Below are positions 51,611 to 64,000 of a DNA stretch of 64,000 nucleotides, one piece after another. The DNA comes from Takakia lepidozioides (Eukaryota > Plantae > Bryophyta): NCBI GenBank assembly GCA_030704615.1, contig CM060731.1, positions 5,146,001 to 5,210,000 of the forward strand, in the 5' to 3' direction. The notes under the pieces were generated by a model. That model was not told the origin of the DNA. It saw only the letters and a list, made by a program, of their open reading frames with translations, and did no database searches. A program made the translations under genes and the position numbers. The stretch's first letter is position 1. Every line of letters starts with the position of its first letter.

Positions 51611-52359
51611 CATGTACATATGAAAATGAATGTGGAGATTATGGTTTATAGTGTTATTTCAACATGTTGTCATACATTTTGCTGTCCTCTAGCAATCCGC
51701 AATCCTTGGATTTATTGTAAGCCCATGTTTCACCTATATCAAATTTGACATTGTTAACTCGAAAATGGTGTTGCATGGTTGCCTGAATCACTTCCATGCA
51801 ATGAATCCATTGTGTACAATACAACTCTTTTGAGCTCCACGCTCGCAACTCTACTTGCCAGGAAAAAAGTTTTTATTTTTATTTTTATTTTTAAAGAGAG
51901 ACATATATTTCATATTATAGAGGGTAAATTAAAAATCATGGGCATTTATTGGTATCCCACTATAAAATACTACCCAAGGGTAGCTTCGTTGTGCCCGCCA
52001 ACAAATGATTTTGGGGTACCATGTTGGTGGTATTAGATTCTCCCCCTTTCTACGGCTTTGAGTCTTGTGCTTGGAGCTCATGCGAGGATATTAGTTTTTC
52101 CTCTTACTGTGGTTAGGGTGACCCCACCCAATTCTGTTACCCGATCTAAAAACAGATTCACCTTGGTACATCAACTCAACAAATTGCGGAGAAATTCACC
52201 ATATGACTAGAGAGATTTCAATGTTTTAGTAGGATTTTACAAAGTATGAAATTTGAGCTTTGAAAATGTCAAGCCAAAGGACATTTGTTTTTATTAGGGT
52301 CTTCTGTATGTGTTTGAGGGGGGGGGGTGTCAAAATGTCTTCCATAGCTTGGCAATTCC

Positions 52360-52627
52360 CAGCGGTTTTTTTATTGGCGAATTTTCGCCAGATTTTGACC
52401 TCAAAAAATAAAATAGAATATTCTGTCGCAAATTCCCTGTATGGATGAAATCTCCAAATTTCTCCAAATAAAGAATAAATTATGGATGAATTTGCCAAAT
52501 ATGGATGATATAAATGGATTGAGGTACAGAAATGGATGAAATTCAGTGGATGAACAGAATGTATCGCTATTTTTTTTTTCAAAACTCTGTAGCCACTCGT
52601 GCTGTTTTCCAAATTTCTTAAGAACTG
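52360..52627. mobile_element. Second copy of the hAT-type MITE, in opposite orientation
   Basis: Its reverse complement matches 45832-46094 (e.g. AAGAAATTTGGAAAACAGCACGAGTGGCTACAGAGTTTTG). No TSD recognisable. Confidence 0.8.
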
Positions 52628-55600
52628 GGTGAGCCCATTCCAAAAATTGACCCATTGATGATGAGATGTTTTACTGAACCCAATGATGTGCGAGGGTGTG
52701 GAATGCACTACAATAGTGAGCTTGGTCAAAACAAATTTTAGATCCAAGTGTAGAATTAACAAAAGCCTTTTAACTGTTTTTTAAAAGCAATAAAAGTGTA
52801 TAAAAATCATTTATGCAAATTTTCATCATGTCCATACCCTTCTCTTACATTACAGGTGTACTTGGGGAAGGCACAACAGGATCAAACTGATTTTGGCAAT
52901 ATCCTCCGGCAAGGAGGAGCCAATCAAATTGGAACTCTCGCCGTGTGGGCTCTTCAAATAACACCTGCCAGAGGCCCATCAGGCCACATGTCAAAAAGTT
53001 ATGAAGATGCCCTGCCCGTTGCCCCAGGTAGGGAATGTAGAATGTAGTTAGGGACATAAGTTCAACGGTCCCATTTTGTAAATCTTAAAAGTTTCTCAAA
53101 AAGTGGGCAAGATAAAAAAATGTCGGCCTCACTGTTGGACTGTGCACCATCCAACACCTCACACAATCATTGCATCATCACCCTAATTACTCTCTCTTCA
53201 AACAAACTAAACTAAGAAATCTGACCTTTATCAACTTTATCAACTTTCCGCAGGCCAAGTTCCAACGTCTAGTCACTACATTCTAGATCATTTTAAGTCA
53301 TTGAAAGTTGAAACATAACTACTTAAGTAGGCTTATTATTAAGTAAGACAAATTCCTAGCCTGCCAGGCTTCTTTCAGAACTCTTCTCTCATCAGAGCTA
53401 CGGTAAATTAAAATTAAAAATTAAACTAAAGTGAATGGAAGTACTAAGAGCCACTATTGAACTCTCATGGCAGGAGGGAACAGCTACTGTTTGGAGTATT
53501 TTTCCATACACTCACTGCAACTGTCAGGGACAAATGCAACCTTTTCCTTCAATGTGTCACTGGAACTTAGTAAAGCTCCATTTCAATGTCTCAAGTTCTC
53601 TTTTCTATTATGGTTGGCTTACATACATTGACTGGAAAACCCAAAAAGCCCCAGCAGCTAAGTAGTGGGGTAATAAAGAGCGGGAGAGAGAGGGGGGCTG
53701 GGGAGAGGGAGAGGGAGAGGGGGGGGGGGGGCAGGGACTGCACCTGCGCAGCGACGGTGGGCGAATGGCGTGCTCGCCATGTCGCGACGCGTGACGGCGG
53801 CAGGCGGGCCCGGCCGCCGCGCGGACGTCATCGCGGCGTCGTGCGCCATGTGACTAAAACCCTAACCCTAGCCCAGGACCAACAATGATTTTGCTAGGGG
53901 GGCCCGGGCCCCCCGTCCTAGCCTCAATCCCTAGGTGGAATCACCAACACTAACTTGGCTTTTGGGGGCTGGGGGTTTGGGGGGGGGGGGGGGGTGTGTG
54001 TGGGAAATAGTTACATCACATGGAGATTGGGATCGATGCAATCTTATGCGGTTGGGGAGATAGGGCGTAGCAAATGTGCTGAGATTTGCGGGTCGGTAAC
54101 AGAAATTTGAGGGATTGTAGTGGGATTTCTTGTTTCCCCACACATTGCTCTTGGGGACATGATAGTATAGGGAATGCGGCCGGACCCACTGTTGATACTT
54201 GATCCCACTCTTGTCCGTCATTCAACCAATGAAGATGCACCATAGACCTAGTTGGTGCATCTAGCTTTTTATCCATCCCCGGATTCTTGTATCCGCCAAA
54301 TCATCGATGTATATGGTAAGATATTGGAAAAGACCCACAACGGCCCTACCACCACTATTAGTACCAGTTTTTTTTTTCCCGGAATAGGGTTGTAACTTGA
54401 ACGTTGTAACCCCGCCACCAAGTTCCCACCATGGTTAGTGTACATATGTGTGTGCACATAGAGTAGATAGCATGTGGGATATTCTGGCTGAAAGCAGTAA
54501 AGAAAGACAAGAAATGCATCATTGACATGAGTATACGTGTGATTGCTGCAGTTTTGTAGGGAGCTACAGGCTCGCTTTTGCGAACATTGCAGATAATACC
54601 CAAAATGAGTTCACAAATGTGCACTTGGGTGCAGTGATGGTGATGCACTTTTGTTGACTAGGAGCAGGAAGGAGGGGAGTCATGGGTAAGACATGGCAGC
54701 TTTTCCACACACAAGCTCAGCCTCACAGTGACTCGGAAAGCCATGGATTGAAAGCATGCACATACCACTGTGAATCATGATGAGAAGGAAAGCAAAGCAC
54801 GCACAGCAGCTATGGCGGCAAGGTACCTGCATGCAACCGACCTTTGTACGCACAGTTACGCCGACATTTTGACTGGGCTTGGCGGCTTTTGATTCTTCCT
54901 CACACACACACACCGACCTTGCCTTGAAGCTCTCACCTACAATTGCCTCCAAAAATGTCTTCCTTCCCCAAAATTCAGAGAGTAAAAGTTATGCAGTACT
55001 GTGACATCCGTCCTCGAGTCACCGCATCGATCATCCATCCCTGCATGCTAGGCTTTGGACAAACTAAATGCAGCTGGAGATGCGGCCGATTTAGAAGGTG
55101 ACACACAGACAGGCACAGAGGGGTGAAGAATAATGTAACTAGTAACTGACCGGCCCAGAAGTAAAGGCTTTTGCTAAAGGGGGTGCACTTGCACAGGAGC
55201 CATGTGGGTGGTCTTGTCGCGTGGATTTTTGAGGCTCATCAATACGTTGTCTTCACCCCAAATTAGGCCACACCCATGTGGGAGGAATCTGCTCGCATTT
55301 CTTGTATCTCCAGATCTTAGATATCTAGCATGACTCTTGAGGCTCCAGTTATTGTTTGAATCAATTGTCTTTGAAGCTTTGACCTCTATTTCGAGCGGCC
55401 TTAATGGGTTCCTAGATGGTCTAGCATTGGTAGCTCTTGAGACTTGGAGACTTGTAAGCTTATGACTTTCAAGTTTCATGCACCTAGGTGAGCTCTGAAC
55501 TCTGAACACATGCACTCTCTGAATGAGTGACTGTACGGAGGGATTGTAATGGAAACAGTGGGGCCAACAGTGGGGCCATCTGGCCTACATCCATGCCACG

Positions 55601-58600
55601 TACACGACTTAGTTGTGTGTAAGAGTTTATTATGAATTTTGATCAGCACCTAAAAGCTCTTATCCTTCAAAGTATTCTGTGGACCCAGTCACAAAGGGCA
55701 AAGAGGTCAATTGTTGAGTTATCCTTCTCATCCGAGTCAAGGCAATTCACCGGACCTTCCAAGTGGACAGTTATCAACTCATTCTATTTTATCATACTTT
55801 GAAGATTAGTATATGGAACGTGTAACCTGATCTTGCGGATCCCACCGTGACGTCAAGCGCCAAGACACAAGTCTATCGACAGGGCCTAGTGCTTATGTGA
55901 CCAGTAATATGTCAATGAATCCGACTTCCTTTCAGTTTCTGAGAGTTCAGCTCAGGTAAGTTAGGAAGCTCGGAGTCTCCACTCCATTCCATACATTCTT
56001 GGCTGCTCTTGATGGTGGGACAGTCGGTAATTTTGTACTAAGGTGGCTTCCAACGAGGACCCCAGAGCTCATCTCGTAGTTGTGTGTCGCACATTGTAGA
56101 CACTAGGTAGAACTCATAGCAGCTGCTGGGAGTCTTGGAAATGCAATCACATTGTGAATTAGAGACCCAACCTTTAGATAGGCTAGTTGGCTTGATAAGT
56201 TCGGCTTAGGAGGAAAGAGAGAACATGGCGCTAATACCGGCGGATCGGGTGATCACTAAATTAACGGTGCTGGCCTTCCGTCTGCACGTGTCCTGCCTTC
56301 TATGTCCTTAATTTTCGGTGCCTTCTGTTTTTTCCCTTAGTGACTTCCAATCGTCCTCTTCTCTACTGTTGATCGTTCTTCCGTCATCGTCCTCACATTG
56401 TGGGTCTGAAGTCTGAAGCCTACTTGTGGTTTGTTGCTGACTGACTGAATCTCCAGTTTTTGTTTTATGTCGTGATCCAAACTTGATCTGCGCTAAATTC
56501 AACACAACTTCCCATTGACTCGGCCCGCACCCACCCACCCACCCACCCTGCCTGGGGATATTGACCCAACACAATGCAGTTGGAGGCCAAGTCGCAACCC
56601 AAACTGTATCTCCGATTCCCACAACCCACAGCTCCGTTTAGGAAATAGTCGATTGGAAACTGTCCTGTGCCACAATTTCTTGTCATCATCCCTTACCTTG
56701 TGATCCTGTAGATCATAAATCTTGTGGGACGTCAATAAACCAGAGTTTGCTGGAGACTTCGTGCAATCACTTTTGAACTTCATACTTTCCCATGGAAAAG
56801 ATTGGTGAAAGATGAAGATAAAAGATTAACATCCCATGGTATACATACAGACAGTATGTACAGCTCTACACATCCAGAATTAGCAATTTATTGACTTGGT
56901 CATTCATTTTCGAGGTAAACATGAAGAAGACAGTTTAAATGTGTAGCTAATCATACAATGAAGCACAGAGTAAAAGTCCTACCATTTTCTGGACAATCAG
57001 ACAATCATACAAGGCCTTGCCACTACGCTATTCTGGAGGTTCGATTGCAGACTGGTGGCGCAGTGTGCTTGGCTCCGACAAATTTGAACATACACAGCCG
57101 TGATTGGTGTGATCATCTAACCTGCAATGTTATCGGTCGATCGTGCTTATTCCCCACTGGCCGGCTAATCAGCTTGTCTCAATCCTGGGATTAGTATAGC
57201 GAAGGTGCTGGTGGCGGTACAACATTCGGAACACATGCGGAAGTTGGGCCACCTTCATTCTATTTGTACGGCGACAAGCGCCACCTTTTTCCTACCTCGC
57301 ATTGCGGCGTTATTTCTCGAGCGACTAGTCGACTTTGTCACCTTTTTCAGGTATAACATCCAGGGTCCCAAACCAGTTCCCATCCTAAGTACTATTCAAT
57401 TGCTTGAGCACTGTTATATCTTTTCCATGTTGTTCAATGTATGTAAGGATAATGGCCGAGTAGCCCTGGTGATATAGAGGGCCAGGGTCCCAAGGGTGGG
57501 TGAGGTCTTTAAAAACAGAAAATCAAGGACCCACAAGAGGTTGCGTTCAAAATGCATGGCTTGTGTCATCCAGCAAGGATGGCGGATGTGCGGGAATGTG
57601 AGTGGGCGGGGGAAGACGGTGCTTGCTGGCCAAGTTTACACTCTGTGCAGTGAGAAGGTTGCTAAACATCGATTGCTCGGTTCCCTGGTTCAAATTACGA
57701 ATTTGATTCCTGACTGTGGTTCATGCGGATGCGCGTTAGCCATTACTGCAAACCTAGCATGGCCGGTGGCATCCGACGTATCCAATGGGTTAGTTCTCGC
57801 AGGCCTGCCTTGCTCGCTGGGCTACATGAATAAAGAAGCTCCATTCAAACGAAGTTGTAGCTCCTGAGAAAGAAGTGGGTCCTCGCAAAGTAGTCGATCA
57901 CATTAGAGAAGTTGTAATCAGGGTTTGGGGGGAGATTTTGAGATTTCATCAAGGACTGGTTGAATAGATTAGTGATATCCATACTAAGTTAAAATTCCTG
58001 TTTTGATCGGCTGGCTCAATTGCTATTGGATAATTTTCACTCACTCGCCAAATGAAATTCCACAAATTATTACAACTTGCTAACATGTAGACATTCACAC
58101 ACGAAAGCCTTGGACGGGAGTTCCTGCTTCTGATCACCCACCGCCAGTTTAGTCACAAGTGCTGCACGCCACCCAGTCTTGATTTGGAATTACAGTGGCC
58201 TGTAACAATCTGAAGCAGTCGACCACTGACCCTAAGGGTCCGCCGTGGCAGGTGCCTTGATAAATGCTTGGTGAGACATTTGTGCATCACGGGCCCCACC
58301 AAAAATCATCACAGCTACGTAGAACTCCAACTGCCAAGGTTTCAGCTTCAACACTATACGAAGGCGCCTCCCGAGTCCCTACCCTGTAACGCCGTCAACT
58401 CCGGAGCCACCCAATTAGTTCCTGCCCTCTTATCCTTCCTCAATTCTCCAGTTCTCAGTGGAGCTTTATAGGCTCTGAGGGTGTAATGTACGCATTATGG
58501 ATGCACTAGAATCATGATCGTTTTTTGAATGATGAACATTCCAGGCTTGTTCTCATTCTGGTGTTAACTGCCACAACACGATTAAACCATGAACATCGGG

Positions 58601-61364
58601 TGTCACTCAACATGCGTTGTCTGCCATACTGCAAATTTTTTTGTACAGGGTTTGCCTCCCCACATGGTACCTGTACATATTAAAGTCTATGACATATTGA
58701 ACTTTGGAGACTGTAAACCTCCAAGGATGATGGAATCTCAACTTGTTTAAATCACCTGACGGTTACAGTCGACTTTAACATGCAACACACTTTGATGATG
58801 TCTTTGCGAATATGGATCTTCGACTCATCCCATCCTGGATCCATGAAGCTGTCAAAAAGCTCTTTACTTGGCTCCTTAAAAAACACACAGCGTACAGATA
58901 TTCTCCGCACACTGCTGGCAACACCAAATAGATAAACCATAACATGAATGGGCAAGAACCACTGGCCGGCTGCTGCCAGTTGTTGCTTTGGTCACAGTCC
59001 TAACATATGTGCAAGCTTACTATCATATGCCTCACTCGTGTGCATACCAGGAAGGGGCCATTGTGGGTCTCATTGAAATCTGGCAAATGAATAGGCTTTA
59101 GTGCCCATATAATTCACCAGTGGTTGGAGGCGCATAGACAGAACTTGGAAGAACTTTCCATTGGACAAGTTCTCGGTGTGGTCAAGATTCCAATATTCCT
59201 TGTGGCCGCGACACCCACCTCTGTGTGGAGCACATAGATGACTCCAAGAATGGAAGTTGGATCCGTGGACCCAATCCGCAATATCAATATGATGTATACA
59301 GATCTTCTACACCTCCATTATACAAACAAAACACAAAGGCAGTATGGATCCTTCAACAAGAAAATACATAACACGTTGAAATCAGTAAGCAAAAACAAGT
59401 CTGCCCTATAAGCATGCCGAAACCAAGATTGCCTCTAAATAATTACACCTTCCAGAGGTGCAGCAGACACTGCAGATTCAAGGCGCAAGCCTTTGAACTG
59501 TCCCTTGTATGCTCCAGAAAAAGAATCAGATCCACGAGCATGTGCATCCCTAGCCCATGGACCTCGTTTCCCGCACTTCAAAGCTAATACCAAGAATCTA
59601 TTGAACGAGCTTTGTTGGGATGTTGTCAATGTCCAAGATCTCAAGTGGTCTTTGTGAACAATGGCAACAATTTACAAACTCGTCAGTTTTCAACGTCCGG
59701 AAGCTTGTCACTAGATGGCCGCCATCCAACATGCGTGGTTGGCCAACAGGAGCAATGAATGACGAAATGTTGAATGTTGAAGCTGCTGTCGATATGCGAG
59801 TAAGCTGACTTGTTTGAGAGGGTCTAAGTGAAAGAGCTGGCCATGGGAATGGAAGGTCTCAGGGGCCTGAACAGCTGCAACTGCGCAACCTGCGGCCTTG
59901 GAACATAACTATGGAGTATCCCTTCTCTATCTAGAAACCTCGAGGAGCATAAGGTGATGTCCATCCGCTTGAAAGGCACCACTTCCAGCGTGTGTTAAGT
60001 GTCACATGGACCGCTTGAACCCCTTGTAAGTCACAGGAAGAACTGCTTGGAAATTTCCACATTGTCGTTATGTCGGGTAAGGTCCATGTGTTTGGACTTT
60101 CTGGCAACATTGGAAAAGGAACTCCGGCCACTAGGGCCTCCTTCCTTTGGGCCATCAATTGCAAGAGGTCCTCATGAATCCACAAATCTTTACCCTCTTT
60201 TGAAGACAGAGTTCACATAGAACTTGCGGTAAAGGCTCGCTTCTTCATATGAGACGAAGCTGTCAGTGGCCATGGCCTGCGACAAGGGTAATTGGGCGCT
60301 TGTGGGCCTCACTCCTGCAACCATAATAACTGTCCGTGATGATTACTGGAGGGGGGCCGATGAGATCTGTCGTTGTTTCCATAGCACTGAACACCACTTT
60401 TGTACTGTTGTGTGAGGTTCATCAGGGACCCAAGAGTGCTGAGCCGGCATATTATGGCATCATCAACACAGCCTCAAGTTCTTCAAAGCAATTGTCACAG
60501 GATGGATACAACTTTTCTTAGGAATCACGAGGAAAGGAGAAATTATCATCATCAATTTCGTCGTCGGCTCGAATGTAATTACAAAGTCTCTCTTGCCCTA
60601 ATCAGAATGAAGACAACAAGCCTCAACAATCCGCAACTAGTCATGCGGATTGCAACAGAGCACTACACATGCGACATGATTCTTGTGGTAGCGCAAAGTG
60701 CATCACTGCAAAACACTTCCTGCAGAGGGCTTCAAACACATTAGGTGAGAAAATCAGTACTGGAGAGTTAAGAAGAGGTCACTCTGAAATTTTGGATCGA
60801 GGCAGTCCCGGCTGGCAGGACAAAAGTTTAGAGATCTGCAGCGAAAACCAGGCAATTTTCGGAACTTGTCAGTTGTACCTAGGTCAATATGTGTTTTTTG
60901 AGCTTCTGCATCAGTATCTGCCCATTTTATGTAGTGCAACATTATGCTTTGAGAGAGGGAGTGTCAATACATGAAGACTGTGCTCTTGGTCTCTCACTCC
61001 TCCAATTTTTGCTACTCAATTCCAACTCAGGCTGACAGACTTCCTATCACATGCGTCACATACTTGGTACCAGCTGTGGCACCATGCCTACTAGTATCCC
61101 GTGGAACATTTAAAGTGTGAGGACAGACAAGACATCAACATTTTCTTTAGAAGAAACTTCCTGAATGACATTACTTTCTTATTAACACTTGCAACAGGTA
61201 TGGCTGTTGTCAGTCCCTGACAACCCGCACAGTGTGACATGCATACCATTATACAAAATTCAGGCTACATTTGTAACCCTTCCCAAAGGAGTGAAAATAT
61301 GCAGAGAGAATGTCGCTAGAGATTATACAAAAGTGATGGAAGTGTCATTACAGAGCTAGAGGAC

Positions 61365-63904
61365 TCACTCATCATTTCCTAATGTCAATGTGTCGGACCT
61401 TTTGACGATGATTCCCTCCTTCACAACCATCAGTATTTGTGAAGGATCCGACAAAGACATAAGACCGTCACACAATGGATTGGACCTCAGAACTATGAGG
61501 TCTGCATAGGCCCCTCTGGCGACCACCCCAATGTCACCCTCCATGTTGAATAGTTGTGCGCAGGTGCTAGTTGCAGAACGTAGCACTGTCTCTGGGGTTT
61601 GAACCCTGCACCTTAGCGCGAATTCTTCGAGCTGATGTTTGTGCATGGGACCCAATAAGTCGCTCCCAAAGCAAATGTTTACCCCCTGATTATCTGCCAA
61701 CGCTAAAGCCTCCAGACCCTTGCCTAGAAGATCACTAACCTGCACAAAAGGACAGGATGGACTTTGAATGGTGAAGGCCACACATGTAAAGCCCTCTGCA
61801 GTTTAACACAATTTGCACTGGAGGAGCTCCTAAACTGACCAGGAGGTTCCTGCCCGACAATCATGACCTTCACGACTCCAATACATAAAGCTCCTCCAGA
61901 AAGGACATTTTCTTATACAGAAATATGAATATCACTGCCTCCAAACTAAGTTGTGCACTGACCTTTGCAATTTGGTCCAAGGGCATCCCGGATGCTTCAC
62001 CATTGCACTTGATACGGTCATACGTAACCAATGTCGGCACCAGAAATGAGTCTGTCTGCTTCAAGAGATGAATGCACTCCATGTCTATGTGCTGTAAAAA
62101 AGATATAAGAACATGATAAAAGGTCATTAAGGATACAAACCACAAGTGGGTGCAACCAACGTTTCCGAGCAAACATTATGGAAAATAATTTCTCAACGTG
62201 TGAAGACACGTTGCCAAGGAGCTCAAAATGTGAAAAATTGAAAGCAAACAAACAGAAGATGAAAAAAGAAAAGAAAAGATCCAACCATGCCAATGAAATA
62301 AAGGTGCACTTTAAGAAAGAAAAACTCTTCTGTCTAGCAGAACAATATATTACTTCGACCAGAAAAAACCTCGAAGTCATGACGAGGGAAAGAGACATTG
62401 CCATGTTCGATGGAGCGAACTCCTAACTCGAGGCAACGTTTGATAGCAGCTGCAGTGTATGCATGTGCACATACATATGTGCCTGCATGCCTAGCCTCCT
62501 CCACGATTGCTGATATCTCCTCTGCAGAAAACTACCCAACCCCAACGAGTTTTATCAAGTACACACATTTGTGAAGCTAAAACAGATGGAAAATGGTTGT
62601 GCACAATCAACTGCGTAAGATGAATTAGGACATAGAAAAGCTTGAGAAGGTACAAAAATACTGATGACATGTGGTAGTCAGCAGCACTCTTCACCCTCTA
62701 AGGCAACTACTTCCATTAACAGAGGTTAACACCTTCCAATTGTTGTCACCATGTATCGTGGTTGCCCCCTAGTTCTCCCCTCAAGGATTCAGTACATGCA
62801 AAAAGGTGAATCTACACATAAAACCCTAGCCTGACAAGTGCAACTATAAGACCATCACATTCAATGAGTTTTTAAGAGGATCACAATGCTTGTTTTCAGT
62901 CTAAAACCTGTAGGTTAGAAAGGCGGTCGGTGGGGGATGAAACACCACCAGACGCCATGATCTTGATCTGGTGAGCACCTTTACGAAGTTCCTCTCGGGC
63001 AGCTACACGGACTTGGTCCACCCCATCGCACACTCGGCCCAATGATAGGGGACAGCAGCTGGGCTCTCTGTCTTCTCCGCGAAGCCGCATATCCCCATGC
63101 CCGCCCGTCTGAGAGAGTGCAGTCCCACTAAAGAGTATGCGTGGCCCTAGGATGGTCCCTTCCTCCACTGCCTGGGACCTCCAGTCACTATATGTCAGAA
63201 AACACAATTCCAGTAAAAAATCATGAATGAGAAGAATAAATAGGAACAGCGGCCAATTTTTCTTGGTTTTTTCTGAGACCTCCCGAGCTTAACTTGCTTT
63301 CCACTTGTAAGGCACCGCTTGGAAAATTCCATCTTGTCCTTACACCGGTAAGGTTAATCGTGCATTCACTTACAGCAATTTCGGACAGGAATTCAGGCTA
63401 CCGCCCTTGTGCCATCCAATCCACAATTGCAAGAAGGCATGCATGCATGGAACTTACTCTATCCTGTAAGTCCAACCAGAGTAGTGTCAAAGAAGCATAA
63501 TGCATGGGGCTACTGTCTTACCCTTCGGAATGTGAGGACATCCCTACCGACAATTCTTATATGCAATAGAAGTTGCAGCTTTTGCGGTAGCCAGGGATTT
63601 TCAGAGCAGTACTGGGCATATCTCACCTTAGCAAGGCCCCAGTCGCATCCGCCAGCATCTCGAACAGTTGTAAATCCACGCATCAACATGTCTCGAAGTA
63701 TCACTGAAGCACGTGCAGTCACGAGGCTATGAGGCAACACTAGCAAGTCATGCAAGTTGGCCGATACAGCAGTCACATGGACATGGGCATCACAGAGACC
63801 TGGAAGCACGTATGCTCCATGGATGTCTACTGTCTGTTGCATCCCCTCACACACAGCATTGCAATCAGAAATCAGTAATGTTTGGAGGGATACATAATTG
63901 GCAC
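61365..63904 (-). CDS. Metal-dependent amidohydrolase (Xaa-Pro dipeptidase-like family), 5' end outside window; exons 63627-63904, 62908-63171, 62397-62531, 61963-62091, 61365-61739
   Basis: VLPGLCDAHVH, GFTTVRDAGG, LSQTGGHGD, IKIMASGGVSSP, VCAHAY, SIEHGN, LVPTL, FGSD, GAYADLIV. GT-AG junctions keep the frame open. Confidence 0.92.
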
Positions 63905-64000
63905 CTGTTGTGCTAACAATAATCGAAAGTGAACAGAGCCTTTACAAGCTTTTGTTCTTGTGCTCAAATCTATTGTTGTCCAATGCATAACTTAGCTTTA

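Noticed and set aside
52226-52762. 178-aa minus-strand ORF
   Set aside because: It runs through the non-coding MITE copy; spurious.
53663-54357. Possible TIR element (TAGTGG...CCACTA) or Helitron end
   Set aside because: The inverted match is short and imperfect with no TSD, and the hairpin-to-CTAG spacing and flanking base do not fit a Helitron terminus.

Overview
Eukaryotic land-plant nuclear DNA with spliced genes. The TE types and NAC repertoire suggest a non-seed plant, but this is inference and the species cannot be named. The left 27 kb is a nest of transposons. A degenerate L1-type LINE is split by a 20.8-kb CACTA element (2758-23574; 29-bp TIRs, CAA TSD). The CACTA carries captured, intron-containing RPS3a fragments, a decayed Tnp2 transposase and a divergent second gene containing an NIF/FCP1 phosphatase-like domain. 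Inserted in that second gene is an 8.9-kb Ty3/gypsy element (11864-20735, minus strand) with the domain order gag-protease-[DNMT3-like C5 cytosine methyltransferase]-RT-RNaseH-integrase-[PHD finger]. That DNA-methylation writer plus histone-reader cargo is the standout feature. The gypsy ends are also odd: no 5' LTR is visible, and the 3' end is repeat-hairpin spacer-repeat. The middle holds two intact, convergent NAC transcription-factor genes, one ATAF/SNAC-like and one CUC/NAM-like. 45-53 kb is TE debris (hAT MITEs, copia, LINE, gypsy RT). The right end holds a 5'-truncated spliced amidohydrolase gene. All domain calls come from motif recognition by eye; no searches were run.
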